Notes under the pieces: model-generated | Seen by the model: the letters and a program-made list of their open reading frames with translations, nothing else | Database searches by the model: none | Told to the model about the DNA's origin: nothing | Program-made: the position numbers and the translations under genes | In this document: one piece after another, positions 28,111 through 37,035 of the stretch | How the letters are laid out: each line of letters begins with the position of its first letter | Numbering within the stretch: position 1 is the stretch's first letter | DNA from: a virus | Virus record (IMG/VR): IMGVR_UViG_3300022911_000003 | Location: 4,814 to 68,813 of that record | Length of the DNA: 64,000 nucleotides | Reading direction: 5' to 3' (one strand)

Positions 28111-28132
28111 TCCAATTCCTTTCAGATTTCCG

Positions 28133-28414
28133 TCAGAGGGGGAGGGACACGGCCCAGCGGATCAGCTTGGCGTCGGAATCCATGGGGCGAACGTGACTCA
28201 CCGGCCTTACCGAGTAGTCAAACGTGGTGCCCTTTTTGGCATTGTCGGCCAAGGTATCAAGGCAGACGCCGGCCAGGTAGTTCGCCCTGGACTCGTCGCC
28301 GCACGTGAATTGCATGACGACGTCGGTGCCCTGGTGAGACGTCTTGAACAGCTTGACCAACCATTCCGCGCCGAAGTTTGGATCAGGCTGTTGTGCTGGC
28401 TCAGTCATGGCCAA
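28133..28414 (-). CDS. Hypothetical protein
   Basis: Operon packing. Confidence 0.55.
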   Translation of the reverse strand: MAMTEPAQQPDPNFGAEWLVKLFKTSHQGTDVVMQFTCGDESRANYLAGVCLDTLADNAKKGTTFDYSVRPVSHVRPMDSDAKLIRWAVSLPL

Positions 28415-28688
28415 ACTTCCTTTTCAGACGTTGAAATTCTGCATATTCAGGGTCAAGTCTGGCCTCGGATTCCTTGACGGCATTATCTGCCTTGTCCCGG
28501 TACGGCATGAGGAAGTCGGGAAAGATTCCGGCGCGGCCCTGTTCGTAGGCCTTGACCTGGTTCAGAAGGTCTCTGCATCCGCCATCGTCCTGCCGCCCGC
28601 CATAGCCTGCGTTTTCGCGGCGAGCCGCAGCATCGGCGGCACATATGGACAGCGCAGAGTCGATCAACTCCTTGTGCTTGTCAGTCAT
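28401..28688 (-). CDS. Hypothetical protein
   Basis: Overlap-coupled; LDPEYAEFQRLKRKF C-terminus. Confidence 0.6.
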   Translation of the reverse strand: MTDKHKELIDSALSICAADAAARRENAGYGGRQDDGGCRDLLNQVKAYEQGRAGIFPDFLMPYRDKADNAVKESEARLDPEYAEFQRLKRKFGHD

Positions 28689-28854
28689 GGCGCGCGTCCA
28701 GTCCAAGCACGTGCTGCAGCCCGGCCAGGTCGAACGGATCGGGCTCGGCGCTGATCAAGTCCAGGTCCATCAGACTGATTTCGCGATGGTCCGAAAAATC
28801 TTCGCCGTGGCTGAATTCCGCTACGGGGGTGGTGCGGTAGTGCTGAAGTGGCAT
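28681..28854 (-). CDS. Small hypothetical protein
   Basis: CAGGAG RBS before MPLQHY. Confidence 0.5.
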   Translation of the reverse strand: MPLQHYRTTPVAEFSHGEDFSDHREISLMDLDLISAEPDPFDLAGLQHVLGLDARHD

Positions 28855-28895
28855 TTTGGGTCTCCTGTGAAGTTTGGGTGAGATTTGGAAGGTGG

Positions 28896-29336
28896 TTAAG
28901 CGGCTTCGGCTGATATGGCGGCTAGGATTTCGTTGAATGCCTGTTCCGCGGCGCTGCGAAACGGCGCGATCATCCGCATGTGGCTTGCGATTTCGTCCGT
29001 CATGCGGGTCACGCCGCCTTCGTATCCAGGGTGCAGGTTGCATTTGCCCGACATACTGAACGGCGATGGATGGCGCGCGCCGGGCTTCATGTAGCCGTCA
29101 GGGCTGACCAGTTCCGGGTCGCGGTGCCGGCAGGCCAACCACGGCGCCATGTATTCGCCGCGGGGGAGGTGCGAGGCACGAAACAGAATGATTTCAACCC
29201 GTCCCGTTGCGCCGTAGGGCATGACCCACTTGGCCGAGTCGTCGGTATAGGGCACAGACTCGCCCAGAACCTTGGTCAAAATCTGGGTAGCGATGGCCCC
29301 GAACGCGCGGGCCGTGACTCGTGACATGCCTTTCAT
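28896..29336 (-). CDS. Hypothetical protein
   Basis: AGAGGA RBS before MKGMSR. Confidence 0.6.
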   Translation of the reverse strand: MKGMSRVTARAFGAIATQILTKVLGESVPYTDDSAKWVMPYGATGRVEIILFRASHLPRGEYMAPWLACRHRDPELVSPDGYMKPGARHPSPFSMSGKCNLHPGYEGGVTRMTDEIASHMRMIAPFRSAAEQAFNEILAAISAEAA

Positions 29337-29389
29337 GGCGTGGTTTCCTCTACAGGGGGTGGTCGGGTTAAGCGAAAGGGGTGGGTGGG

Positions 29390-29998
29390 TTACTCGGGGT
29401 AGTACATCCATGCCGTGATATCGGACATGTGATAGCCGTCCGGGCCGGTCATTACCCAATGCAGTTGCGGTTCGTCGTCGGGATCAATGCGCCAGTCCTG
29501 CAGCTTTGCCGAACCGCGCCAACCCTTTCCGTCCCTGACCAGGCAGAGCCGGGAGTATTTCGCGCCCAACTTGTGCGGGTCGTCAGGCTCGTGTGACAGG
29601 GGCGGCAGTATCGAAACCGGAGTCCAGGTCTGACCCGGCTGCGCCACAGTCTCGGCGCCTTTGGCCGCTGCAATGGCGGCGCGGGCGTGGTCAACCTCGG
29701 CCAGTCGCTCCTTCAATAGGTCGCCGGTCCCGTCGTATTCGTTGTGTATCTCGCTATCCCAAGCCGCCACGAGTTTGACCAGAGCGGACAGCAGGTCAGG
29801 AGCAGCCGCGGCGAGCCTAAGCACATCGGTGCCATATTCCAGCATCACGCCGTTGATTCTCGGGTCAAAAAGGTCTGTGTCGCCGTGGCGAACCATGAGC
29901 GAATGAACCGGAATCCCCAGTGGGCGCTCCGCTTCGGACTCGTTGAACCTGTTGGCGACGTGCCACGGCCCGGAGAGGATTTCCTGTTTCGTTTTCAT
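29390..29998 (-). CDS. Mosaic hypothetical protein
   Basis: LAAAAPDLL motif; ATGA overlap. Confidence 0.6.
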   Translation of the reverse strand: MKTKQEILSGPWHVANRFNESEAERPLGIPVHSLMVRHGDTDLFDPRINGVMLEYGTDVLRLAAAAPDLLSALVKLVAAWDSEIHNEYDGTGDLLKERLAEVDHARAAIAAAKGAETVAQPGQTWTPVSILPPLSHEPDDPHKLGAKYSRLCLVRDGKGWRGSAKLQDWRIDPDDEPQLHWVMTGPDGYHMSDITAWMYYPE

Positions 29999-30477
29999 GC
30001 TGCGATTTCCGTTGCGGGGGGTGGCAGGATTTCAACCCTGACCCTGTTGTTGCGGCGAACTTTTTTCAGGCGCTTGTCGACGAAGGCTTGAGCGTACATC
30101 GTCCCGGTTTCGGTTGCAGCTTCGCGCCGCGCCGTAGAGAGGCTGTCAAGCCAGTTGAACAACAGGAGATAGGCGTCTTGCTCGGGCAGATTCATGAACA
30201 GGGCGCGCAGCCGCTTGGCTTGGAAGTCGATGCACCACGTCTCAGAGCCGCCGCCGTGGTTTACCAGGATGTAAAGCCCGGACTCGTGCTCGCCGCACAT
30301 TTCCGTTGCAAGCCGGATATCGTGGCTTGAGAAGTCGGTCTTGTCGAAGACGCGCGACTCCCTGGTGGGGCAGGGATGCAGCAGGACCTTGTAACGGTCG
30401 TGGAACGTGTCGGGGACGGGGTGCCAGACAGATGGCGTTTTGTAACCGTGGCCGGCGTTGATAAATCCTCTAGTCAT
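29995..30477 (-). CDS. Hypothetical protein
   Basis: TGGAG RBS. Confidence 0.6.
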   Translation of the reverse strand: MTRGFINAGHGYKTPSVWHPVPDTFHDRYKVLLHPCPTRESRVFDKTDFSSHDIRLATEMCGEHESGLYILVNHGGGSETWCIDFQAKRLRALFMNLPEQDAYLLLFNWLDSLSTARREAATETGTMYAQAFVDKRLKKVRRNNRVRVEILPPPATEIAA

Positions 30478-30546
30478 ATTTAGACTCCATCGAAAGGGGT
30501 TGAGACTTCATCAAGGGGGACTCAGCGAATCCCCCGAAATCAAGGC

Positions 30547-30786
30547 TCAAAGGCGGTAACGAGAAATTAGGCGCTTGACTGTTAATCCGTCCTCAATCGT
30601 CGGGACGCCGGAGACACGAAACACCGCGACACAGCGAGCGCCGCTACGGTCTGTTTCGCAAAGGCTCCACCCCTGCGGCAACTTGTCGACGTGGCGACCT
30701 GCTCCGGATTCCAGCGCGCGCCAGACAGTCAATGCGTCCCGCGTACCAAAGGCAATCTTCAGATCAGACCAAGGCAAATTTTCCAT
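30547..30786 (-). CDS. Hypothetical early protein
   Basis: TAGGAG RBS. Confidence 0.55.
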   Translation of the reverse strand: MENLPWSDLKIAFGTRDALTVWRALESGAGRHVDKLPQGWSLCETDRSGARCVAVFRVSGVPTIEDGLTVKRLISRYRL

Positions 30787-30869
30787 TGCGGGGGACTCCT
30801 AGTGTGCCAGCAGATAAAGACAGGGAAGGCCGAAGAACGCGGCCAAGGCGATGAATTCGAGAAAGCGGG

Positions 30870-31187
30870 TCAAGGTAAAAGGCTCTGACCGCGGCGACCT
30901 ACCGGGATTAGGTGGCCCGTCGGGCTATTCGGATTTTTGATGTACCGCGCGGCGCGACGTGACACGGCCCGGACGTCGCCGGCAGACTCGAACTCGGCTT
31001 TCCGGCTCAGCTTGCCCGGCGCGTGCGTCTCATTCCAGGCCCGGCAATGGCGCCGTGCTTCGTCTTCCGTGACGCCCTGGGGATGGCCCGCGCGAGACTT
31101 GCGGCCCGCGCTCGGCTCAAGACCACCCGGCCAATCCTTATTGACGGCCCACCAGGTACGCGAAAAGCAGTTGAATTTTTCGGACAT
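30870..31187 (-). CDS. Hypothetical early protein
   Basis: CAGGAG RBS. Confidence 0.65.
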   Translation of the reverse strand: MSEKFNCFSRTWWAVNKDWPGGLEPSAGRKSRAGHPQGVTEDEARRHCRAWNETHAPGKLSRKAEFESAGDVRAVSRRAARYIKNPNSPTGHLIPVGRRGQSLLP

Positions 31188-31215
31188 GTCCGGACTCCTG
31201 ATTCAGTGAAGGGGG

Positions 31216-31725
31216 TTAAAGGTAGATCAGGCCATCGTCGCCCAGATAGGGCTCGCACTCGCCGGCAACTTTGGCCGCAGCGTCAAGCGCGCTGGCATAG
31301 GGTTCGGGCCAGTCGCCGTCACAAAATCCGCAGCCGTGGCCCTGCCGAGTCATCCAAAAGTCATGCCCGGCCTGTGTCGAGACACCGCCACACGACTCGA
31401 ACAGGTCGCCTAGTTCCTCGTTATCCTCGGCGTTCCTGACGGATGTGTAAGCCGGGGTGCATTGGAACGCCTGACAATCGGCAATAATGCTGGTCAGGGC
31501 TTCGGGCGACAGATCGGAAAAGCCTTTGTCTGTCAGGTGGCGGCCATCGCCCGACTCGGTGAAAAACATGGCTTCGATATAGGCCTGTGTGAAGGTGTCC
31601 AAGTCACACCACGATAGCGGCCCGAATTTGTCGTCTGACCTATAACGGCCTACATAAGTGCGCATGGCTGGATTGCTGTCTGGCTGTTCAACCTTGCCGC
31701 TGGTATCCATTTGGAATTGTGGCAT
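31216..31725 (-). CDS. Conserved early phage protein
   Basis: AAGGAG RBS; AGHDFWMTRQGHGCGF motif. Confidence 0.7.
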   Translation of the reverse strand: MPQFQMDTSGKVEQPDSNPAMRTYVGRYRSDDKFGPLSWCDLDTFTQAYIEAMFFTESGDGRHLTDKGFSDLSPEALTSIIADCQAFQCTPAYTSVRNAEDNEELGDLFESCGGVSTQAGHDFWMTRQGHGCGFCDGDWPEPYASALDAAAKVAGECEPYLGDDGLIYL

Positions 31726-31755
31726 GTCGTGACTCCTTAAACCGTGACGGGTGGG

Positions 31756-32106
31756 TTAGCGATAAACGCACAGGGCGCGGGTGTAGTCCGTGCCGCAAAT
31801 GGGTTGCGAGTCGACATACAGCGTGGCGCCGCGCGGATCGGATTGCAGGTAGCCGTGCAGACCCAGGGCGGCGACTTCGGCCAAAAGCTTGCGCTCCGCC
31901 GTTTCGGTGCGCTTTTCATAGGCCGGGGTGTTCGCCCACGGATAGGAACAGGTTGCCTCGTACCGCTTGCGCAGCGACTCGGCCATGCGGGCCAAGGCGT
32001 CATAGGTCAGGCGGGCTTGCGGCGGGAACAGTTTGGAATGCACCAACTCGGCGAACCGTTCGCGGCGGCGCTCCAGGTCGACGGAGTCGGGGTTTAGCTT
32101 AATCAT
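31756..32106 (-). CDS. Hypothetical early protein
   Basis: GAAGGA RBS; QSDPRGATLY motif. Confidence 0.65.
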   Translation of the reverse strand: MIKLNPDSVDLERRRERFAELVHSKLFPPQARLTYDALARMAESLRKRYEATCSYPWANTPAYEKRTETAERKLLAEVAALGLHGYLQSDPRGATLYVDSQPICGTDYTRALCVYR

Positions 32107-32146
32107 GGCGTGAATCCTTCTGAGGGGGGGGATCGGCCTTGAGGGT

Positions 32147-32335
32147 CTAGGCTTCAGATTGAAAGGCAACGTCAATTTCAAAGCGGTTGCCGTTGGCGTC
32201 GAAAATGTCGTCTTCACTGACTTGGAAAATGATTTTGCCGGCACGATTGCGAAACGAGAGCATGTTGCCGTTTGCGTTCTGTGTGATTTCAACAATCGAC
32301 TTGATATTTATAGAGGATAGCGCCTTGCGTGTCAT
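32147..32335 (-). CDS. Small early protein
   Basis: First gene after the leftward promoter; CAGGA RBS. Confidence 0.5.
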   Translation of the reverse strand: MTRKALSSINIKSIVEITQNANGNMLSFRNRAGKIIFQVSEDDIFDANGNRFEIDVAFQSEA

Positions 32336-32385
32336 AGTCTTGCGGTCCTGTTAGGTTGTGGCGTTTCGCCGTTGCGTTGAAACAG

Positions 32386-32417
32386 GGTATGACAGAGAAA
32401 ATGGACAGGTGCAACAT
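32386..32417 (-). promoter_or_regulatory. Leftward early promoter containing the repeated motif
   Basis: Minus strand reads atgTTGCACctgtc, then a 17-nt spacer to CATACC. Confidence 0.5.
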
Positions 32418-32897
32418 AAAAAGACATCGTGTCGTAAAATAATTGCATCAAACGCTTTTCAGGGACTCAAGCCATATCAGGCAAGAAGGGAAGCGCGTTA
32501 CATGTGCCAGACATAGGCGCGGGAGCGTGCCACGCGGCGCGCCAGCCGGGGGCGGACGCTATAGAGCACCAGGTCAACGCCATGGCGCCTCCAGTCAACC
32601 GCTTTCGGCACAGACCCGCCGCACGGCCCATAAACTTCGCAGGACAACCCAGAACCGCGTCGACCGCCTCAACGCGGCCCGACGATCCGCCAAAGCCCGT
32701 CAGCGCTAAACCTGCCAGCCTCACGCGCCCCAACTCGCGCAAGACTCAAACCAGACCCAAAGTGAGCGCATCTACACAGACACATGATAGAGCGCTATCA
32801 CATACCAAAGGGCGCGCAGCGCCCGCAGGGTGATGACGAAACAAAGAAACAGGATTACATAACAAACAGCAGGCAAAAGCACCGGAGCAATAAAGCC

Positions 32898-33356
32898 ATG
32901 ACATTTCACGCCAATATAACGCCCGACGAAAAAAGCGACATCGTAACAAGAGCATGTGAACACGTCGCAAATGGACAAAGCCTCCGCGCCTTCTGCCGTA
33001 AGGAAAAACTGCCGTATTCAAGCGTTTATGACTGGTGTTCGGAGGCAACGCTTAACGGTCAATCCCCGCTCGTGCGGGCGCGCCAAGTCGGAACGCATTC
33101 CCTTGCGGATCAATGCTTAGAAGAGGCTGAGTCGATGACTTCGGAGAACTACCAGGCCAAAAAGGCAAAGGTTGACGCAATTCTCAGATTGGCCGGCAAA
33201 TGGAACAAGGCAGACTACGGCGAAGGCCCTCTTGTGGCCATTGATAACCGGCAGATGCCTGATTGGTCCATGCTGTCTGATGATGCCAGGGAGCAGGTGA
33301 AGGCGGCCCTTGCGGCGAAGGTTCAAGCCCTGCCGGCGCCTGATCGGTCATCCTGA
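32898..33356 (+). CDS. terS: Terminase small subunit (HTH type)
   Basis: ANGQSLRAFCRKEKLPYSSVYDW...RARQVG...LADQC...KVDAILRLAGKWNKADYG. Confidence 0.8.
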   Translation: MTFHANITPDEKSDIVTRACEHVANGQSLRAFCRKEKLPYSSVYDWCSEATLNGQSPLVRARQVGTHSLADQCLEEAESMTSENYQAKKAKVDAILRLAGKWNKADYGEGPLVAIDNRQMPDWSMLSDDAREQVKAALAAKVQALPAPDRSS

Positions 33357-33473
33357 CAGCGCTCTAAGCCGTTAAGGGCGGTCAAAATAGCCTCTTGTGT
33401 GTTTTATGGCTCGCCGTTATCAAGCGTCAAAATGATATGTCACGCCGTTAAGGCCTGTCACCATGAAGACGAT

Positions 33474-33725
33474 ATGAAAAACGAAGAAAAACCCGACTGG
33501 CTGAAGCGTGCCGCACAGCTTCGCAGGACTGAGTTAATTTGGATTGATGGCGTGAGCGAGTCGACGGTTCGCCGCGGCCTTCGTGAATTGCCTGGTAAAT
33601 GGCTGATCAGGAACCGCGGCAAGTTCCTTTATGTGATCCGTGGCGCGATGCCTAATCTCAAGCTCAGCCGCACCCGATCGACTCCGCCGAATACTGCCGG
33701 CCTGAAGCGTGGCGCATCTACCTAA
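33474..33725 (+). CDS. Small basic protein, possibly HTH
   Basis: GVSESTVRRGL HTH-like segment. Confidence 0.4.
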   Translation: MKNEEKPDWLKRAAQLRRTELIWIDGVSESTVRRGLRELPGKWLIRNRGKFLYVIRGAMPNLKLSRTRSTPPNTAGLKRGAST

Positions 33726-33932
33726 ACCGCGTCCGGGGGGCTGTCTGATTTTCCTCTGAGGGGGTGCGGGCGCCGGCAGGTCCGCGGCTATGCGTTCCCC
33801 CGTGCGCAGGTGTGCGCCCGTCTCTATGGGAGTCCGCGCACGTGCACGTGTAGGCCGCTTGAGCTGCCCTTGCGTCTGACCAACTTGCCTCCCGCTATGC
33901 CGTGAAAATAAATTGCGCCATGTGTACGAAAT

Positions 33933-33963
33933 ATGTTGCACGTGTCCTATTTTCTGGTATCTT
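33933..33963 (+). promoter_or_regulatory. Rightward early promoter containing the repeated motif
   Basis: atgTTGCACgtgtc, then a 16-nt spacer to TATCTT; upstream of a gene with CAGGAGG RBS. Confidence 0.55.
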
Positions 33964-34009
33964 GTGAACGTCAACCGAATTTGACGGATCAAACAGGAGG
34001 CTTAAGGCC

Positions 34010-34411
34010 ATGCAATCTCACATGATGATATCTGACACTGACGGGCATTTGTACGACACACGGACTCCGGGCTGGCATTTGTTGCCGCCGTTGCGCCGTC
34101 ACTATCGCCAGACATATCTCGACATAGATTCGGTAAAGGCATTGAAAGCCACCCTGCGCAACGGCGCGTTTACCGGAGTCGGCGGGTATCCGCTGTATTT
34201 CATAACGTCCGACGGCGCGGCTTTGTCGTTCGACTCCGTTCGCTCCGAATTCCGCAACGTGGCGGAGTCCATTGCCCAGCGCTCAAATGATGGTTGGCGA
34301 GTCGTGGCTTGCACTATCAACTATGAAGACTCGGACCTGACTTGCGACCATTCAGGAAAGCCTATCCCTTCAGCCTATGGAGAAGACACGCAAGAGGAGT
34401 CGGCACAATGA
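34010..34411 (+). CDS. Conserved early phage protein
   Basis: CAGGAGG RBS; GGYPLYFITSDGAALS motif. Confidence 0.75.
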   Translation: MQSHMMISDTDGHLYDTRTPGWHLLPPLRRHYRQTYLDIDSVKALKATLRNGAFTGVGGYPLYFITSDGAALSFDSVRSEFRNVAESIAQRSNDGWRVVACTINYEDSDLTCDHSGKPIPSAYGEDTQEESAQ

Positions 34412-34620
34412 CACAAAAGACCTATTCCGCCTTTCAGCTTTCATCCGGTCTATGGGCCGTGGAAGTCACGACAAAAGGCACACAGGCCAATGGCAAGCCT
34501 TGGCGCTCGACCTATACCCCCGGCCTGCGCCACGCCTCACAGGAAGCCGCGCAGGGCTGGATAGATCAACAGACCGAGTCACCGTGGTTCGCTCTGGCAA
34601 AGGGGATTGTGGCGCTGTGA
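34408..34620 (+). CDS. Hypothetical early protein
   Basis: GAGGAG RBS; ATGA overlap. Confidence 0.6.
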   Translation: MTQKTYSAFQLSSGLWAVEVTTKGTQANGKPWRSTYTPGLRHASQEAAQGWIDQQTESPWFALAKGIVAL

Positions 34621-34901
34621 CGTACGACGAATGGAAGGCCGCACTGCAGGCCAATGAACAGGCCATGGATAGGGCCGCAGATATCGCCAACGCTTACCCA
34701 CGTGGCCCTATGGGCTTGACGCTGGAGTCCAGCAAGGACTCGGCATGGCATGACGCTATGCGCACAATCGAGCTTGGCAGGACCATACGCATGAGACTGC
34801 ATAGGCACTGCAAGGCGTACAGCAAGCGCTCGCAAGAGGAGGCGCGCCTCGCACTACAGGCCAAGCGGGCCGCTATAGTAGCTGCGCAGGTGTCGGCATG
34901 A
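34617..34901 (+). CDS. Hypothetical early protein
   Basis: GTGA overlap. Confidence 0.55.
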   Translation: MTYDEWKAALQANEQAMDRAADIANAYPRGPMGLTLESSKDSAWHDAMRTIELGRTIRMRLHRHCKAYSKRSQEEARLALQAKRAAIVAAQVSA

Positions 34902-35086
34902 ACGCCCTTATCGCAGCCATTGAGGCACGGGCCGAACACTGCGCCACGATGTCACCGGAACAGGCGCGAATCAGTGACGCTTACAACCTCTCAGACTTGG
35001 CAAGGCAGCCAAGAGAGGCTTTCAGGTGTGAAGGGGAGGCCGTGGCCATATTGCGGGCTCTGCGACATTCTGAGGGGGACGGATAG
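34898..35086 (+). CDS. Hypothetical early protein
   Basis: ATGA overlap; followed by a terminator. Confidence 0.55.
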   Translation: MNALIAAIEARAEHCATMSPEQARISDAYNLSDLARQPREAFRCEGEAVAILRALRHSEGDG

Positions 35087-35089
35087 GGG

Positions 35090-35116
35090 CAGGGGGTAGC
35101 CCACCCCCCTGTTTTT
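35090..35116 (+). terminator. Intrinsic terminator
   Basis: CAGGGGG-loop-CCCCCTG followed by TTTTT. Confidence 0.7.
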
Positions 35117-35160
35117 GTGGAAGGCGGCACCCCGTCGACCAGGCAATGACTGCCCCCCAC

Positions 35161-35222
35161 CTCAAATTTCTACAATTTTTTCTGGATCAAAAAATGGCTA
35201 TTTCCGACATTTGTGAAATGAG
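35161..35222 (+). repeat. AT-rich ~60-bp imperfect direct repeat, copy 1 (copy 2 at 35903-35962)
   Basis: ctcaaat..cta.aatttt...caaaaaa.g.ctatt...at.tgtgaaATGa; each copy ends on a start codon. Confidence 0.65.
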
Positions 35223-35712
35223 GCGCTTTGCTACGACTTCGGAGGATGGTCTGTATCGCACATGGTTGGTGCGGAAGTGGGACGTTGAACTTCCGACGCT
35301 CTATGTCGTGATGCTCAATCCGTCGACGGCCGATGGCACCAAGGATGATCAGACTGTTCGCCGGCTGATCTTCTTCGCCACGCTCTGGGGCTTCGGCGCG
35401 GTCTGCGTTGCCAATCTCTTCACCTTCCGGGCAACGCAGCCGGGCGAGCTTTATCTGTGCGCCGATCCCTTCGGCCCGGATCGCGACCGCTGCCTTGAAA
35501 ATGCTGTGCAGGGCGCTACCGTACCTGGGAGCAAGCTTGTCGTGGCGTGGGGCGCGAACAGGGCCGTCCAAGACTTCGCCGCCGTCGGGCCGTTGGGCAT
35601 CTATGCCGGACGCTATGGCGTGCCGCTTTACTGCTTCGGCAAGAACGCTGATGGCAGTCCTAAACACCCCTGTCGACTGCCCAACAGCACTGAACTTGAA
35701 AGGTGGCGCTGA
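35218..35712 (+). CDS. DUF1643 family protein
   Basis: VMLNPSTADGTKDDQTVRR...NLF...VVAWG...PKHP. Confidence 0.85.
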   Translation: MRRFATTSEDGLYRTWLVRKWDVELPTLYVVMLNPSTADGTKDDQTVRRLIFFATLWGFGAVCVANLFTFRATQPGELYLCADPFGPDRDRCLENAVQGATVPGSKLVVAWGANRAVQDFAAVGPLGIYAGRYGVPLYCFGKNADGSPKHPCRLPNSTELERWR

Positions 35713-35713
35713 A

Positions 35714-35896
35714 ATGACCCCTTTACAAAAGAAGCTATGTGCCAGTGGTGCATTGGTTTTGGCGTGGATCTGCTCGATATGTTTGGGGGCTTTTGCCGGT
35801 TCTGGCTTCTGGTACGTCTTCTGGGAACAGTCTGCTGGATTTTGCGCCGGCACGTGGTGGTGCGTTTGGAACATGTGGCGCCCTGGTTCGGAGTGA
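35714..35896 (+). CDS. Small membrane protein
   Basis: Hydrophobic 60 aa ORF between two genes. Confidence 0.5.
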   Translation: MTPLQKKLCASGALVLAWICSICLGAFAGSGFWYVFWEQSAGFCAGTWWCVWNMWRPGSE

Positions 35897-35902
35897 TTTC
35901 CT

Positions 35903-35962
35903 CTCAAATCTATAATTTTAAAATTCCCACCAAAAAAGACTATTCGGAGATATGTGAAATGA
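35903..35962 (+). repeat. AT-rich ~60-bp imperfect direct repeat, copy 2
   Basis: Matches 35161-35222; contains TATAAT. Confidence 0.65.
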
Positions 35963-36570
35963 CAACCACAGACATTTTACGCGGCCGGATTGAGGGTAAG
36001 ACTGGGGTTATCGGTGCGACCTGCATCACGAGATCAGGTTTGTATTTCGATTTCGTCGACCCGCAACCGGATCAGATCACGATCGAGGACATTGCATGGG
36101 GCTTGTCTCAGACCTGTCGTTTTGGTGGGCAGTGTCTGGAATACTATTCCGTGGCTCAGCACAGCATCTTGGTCAGTCAGATCGTTCCGCACGAACATAG
36201 ACTGGCTGGTCTGATGCACGACGCGGCCGAGGCTTATATCGGGGACATGGTCGGTCCGTTGAAGCAGTTGATTCCGGATTTCAAGGTGATCGAGAAGCGG
36301 ATCGAGGCGGTGATATTCGCCAAGTTCGGCATCGCTCTGCCTCTCGACCCCAGCATCAAGCACGCCGATCTGCGGCTGTTGCGCACCGAGCAGCGCGATT
36401 TGACTGCGGGCAGTGGCGAAAACTGGAACGGCTTGGACCGGTATGCCCCGTTGCCTTTTCCGATCCGTGCCATGAAGCCCTTGGCCGCCTTCGTAGCGTT
36501 CCTGAGCCTGTGGGACAGTTACAATGGTAATGCGGTCGGAATAACGATCAGAAACAGAAAAGCCAAATGA
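35959..36570 (+). CDS. HD-domain phosphohydrolase (YfbR-like 5'-deoxynucleotidase)
   Basis: IEDIAWGLS...RFGG...YSVAQHS...LMHDAAEAYIGD. Confidence 0.9.
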   Translation: MTTTDILRGRIEGKTGVIGATCITRSGLYFDFVDPQPDQITIEDIAWGLSQTCRFGGQCLEYYSVAQHSILVSQIVPHEHRLAGLMHDAAEAYIGDMVGPLKQLIPDFKVIEKRIEAVIFAKFGIALPLDPSIKHADLRLLRTEQRDLTAGSGENWNGLDRYAPLPFPIRAMKPLAAFVAFLSLWDSYNGNAVGITIRNRKAK

Positions 36571-37034
36571 CCGAATCCGTTTCCCGCCCTGTCCTGGCCC
36601 AGATCCGTCAGGTTTTGCAGTTCAAGTCGTATGCCACGATTGCTGAAATTGCGAGTTATGCCGGCGTGCCTCGAAAGCACGTGCTGGACGTCGTGGTCCG
36701 GAACGGCACGATGGTCTATCGCGATGCGAAGACTGGCCGGATAACTCGGTTGGATGTCCGGACAGCGCTTCGTGACCGTCTGTGGCAGTCCGGGGCCTAT
36801 TACCGGGTCGAGAGTTACGGGGCATGGTGCCACGAGGGATATTGCCTGAAGTGGGTGGGCCACGACGACCTGACCTCGGCTTTGTCACAGCGCATTACCC
36901 AGGGCGGTCTGGGCGACTCTTGGACCACCTCGATCGTTTTTGACACGCCTGAGAACCGGGCAGCGGTTGAGGCGGCCGGGCTTGCGTTGTGGGACGAGGC
37001 TTTGGTCGACGATTCGGATTGGAAGGAGGACTGA
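36567..37034 (+). CDS. Hypothetical protein with N-terminal HTH-like segment
   Basis: ATGA overlap; ATIAEIASYAGVPRKHV. Confidence 0.6.
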   Translation: MTESVSRPVLAQIRQVLQFKSYATIAEIASYAGVPRKHVLDVVVRNGTMVYRDAKTGRITRLDVRTALRDRLWQSGAYYRVESYGAWCHEGYCLKWVGHDDLTSALSQRITQGGLGDSWTTSIVFDTPENRAAVEAAGLALWDEALVDDSDWKED

Positions 37035-37035
37035 A

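Noticed and set aside
33372-33430. CtrA boxes (TTAA-N7-TTAA)
   Set aside because: Spacing is N6 and the second half-site is TCAA; I noticed no perfect CtrA box.
25088-33766. C-tracts just upstream of SD sequences of leftward genes (G-runs at 25104, 26684, 27516, 28138, 29355, 31211, 32124, 33760) as a special start-associated motif
   Set aside because: Similar C/A-rich unstructured spacers precede late genes too (51211, 51670); probably ordinary ribosome standby sequence.
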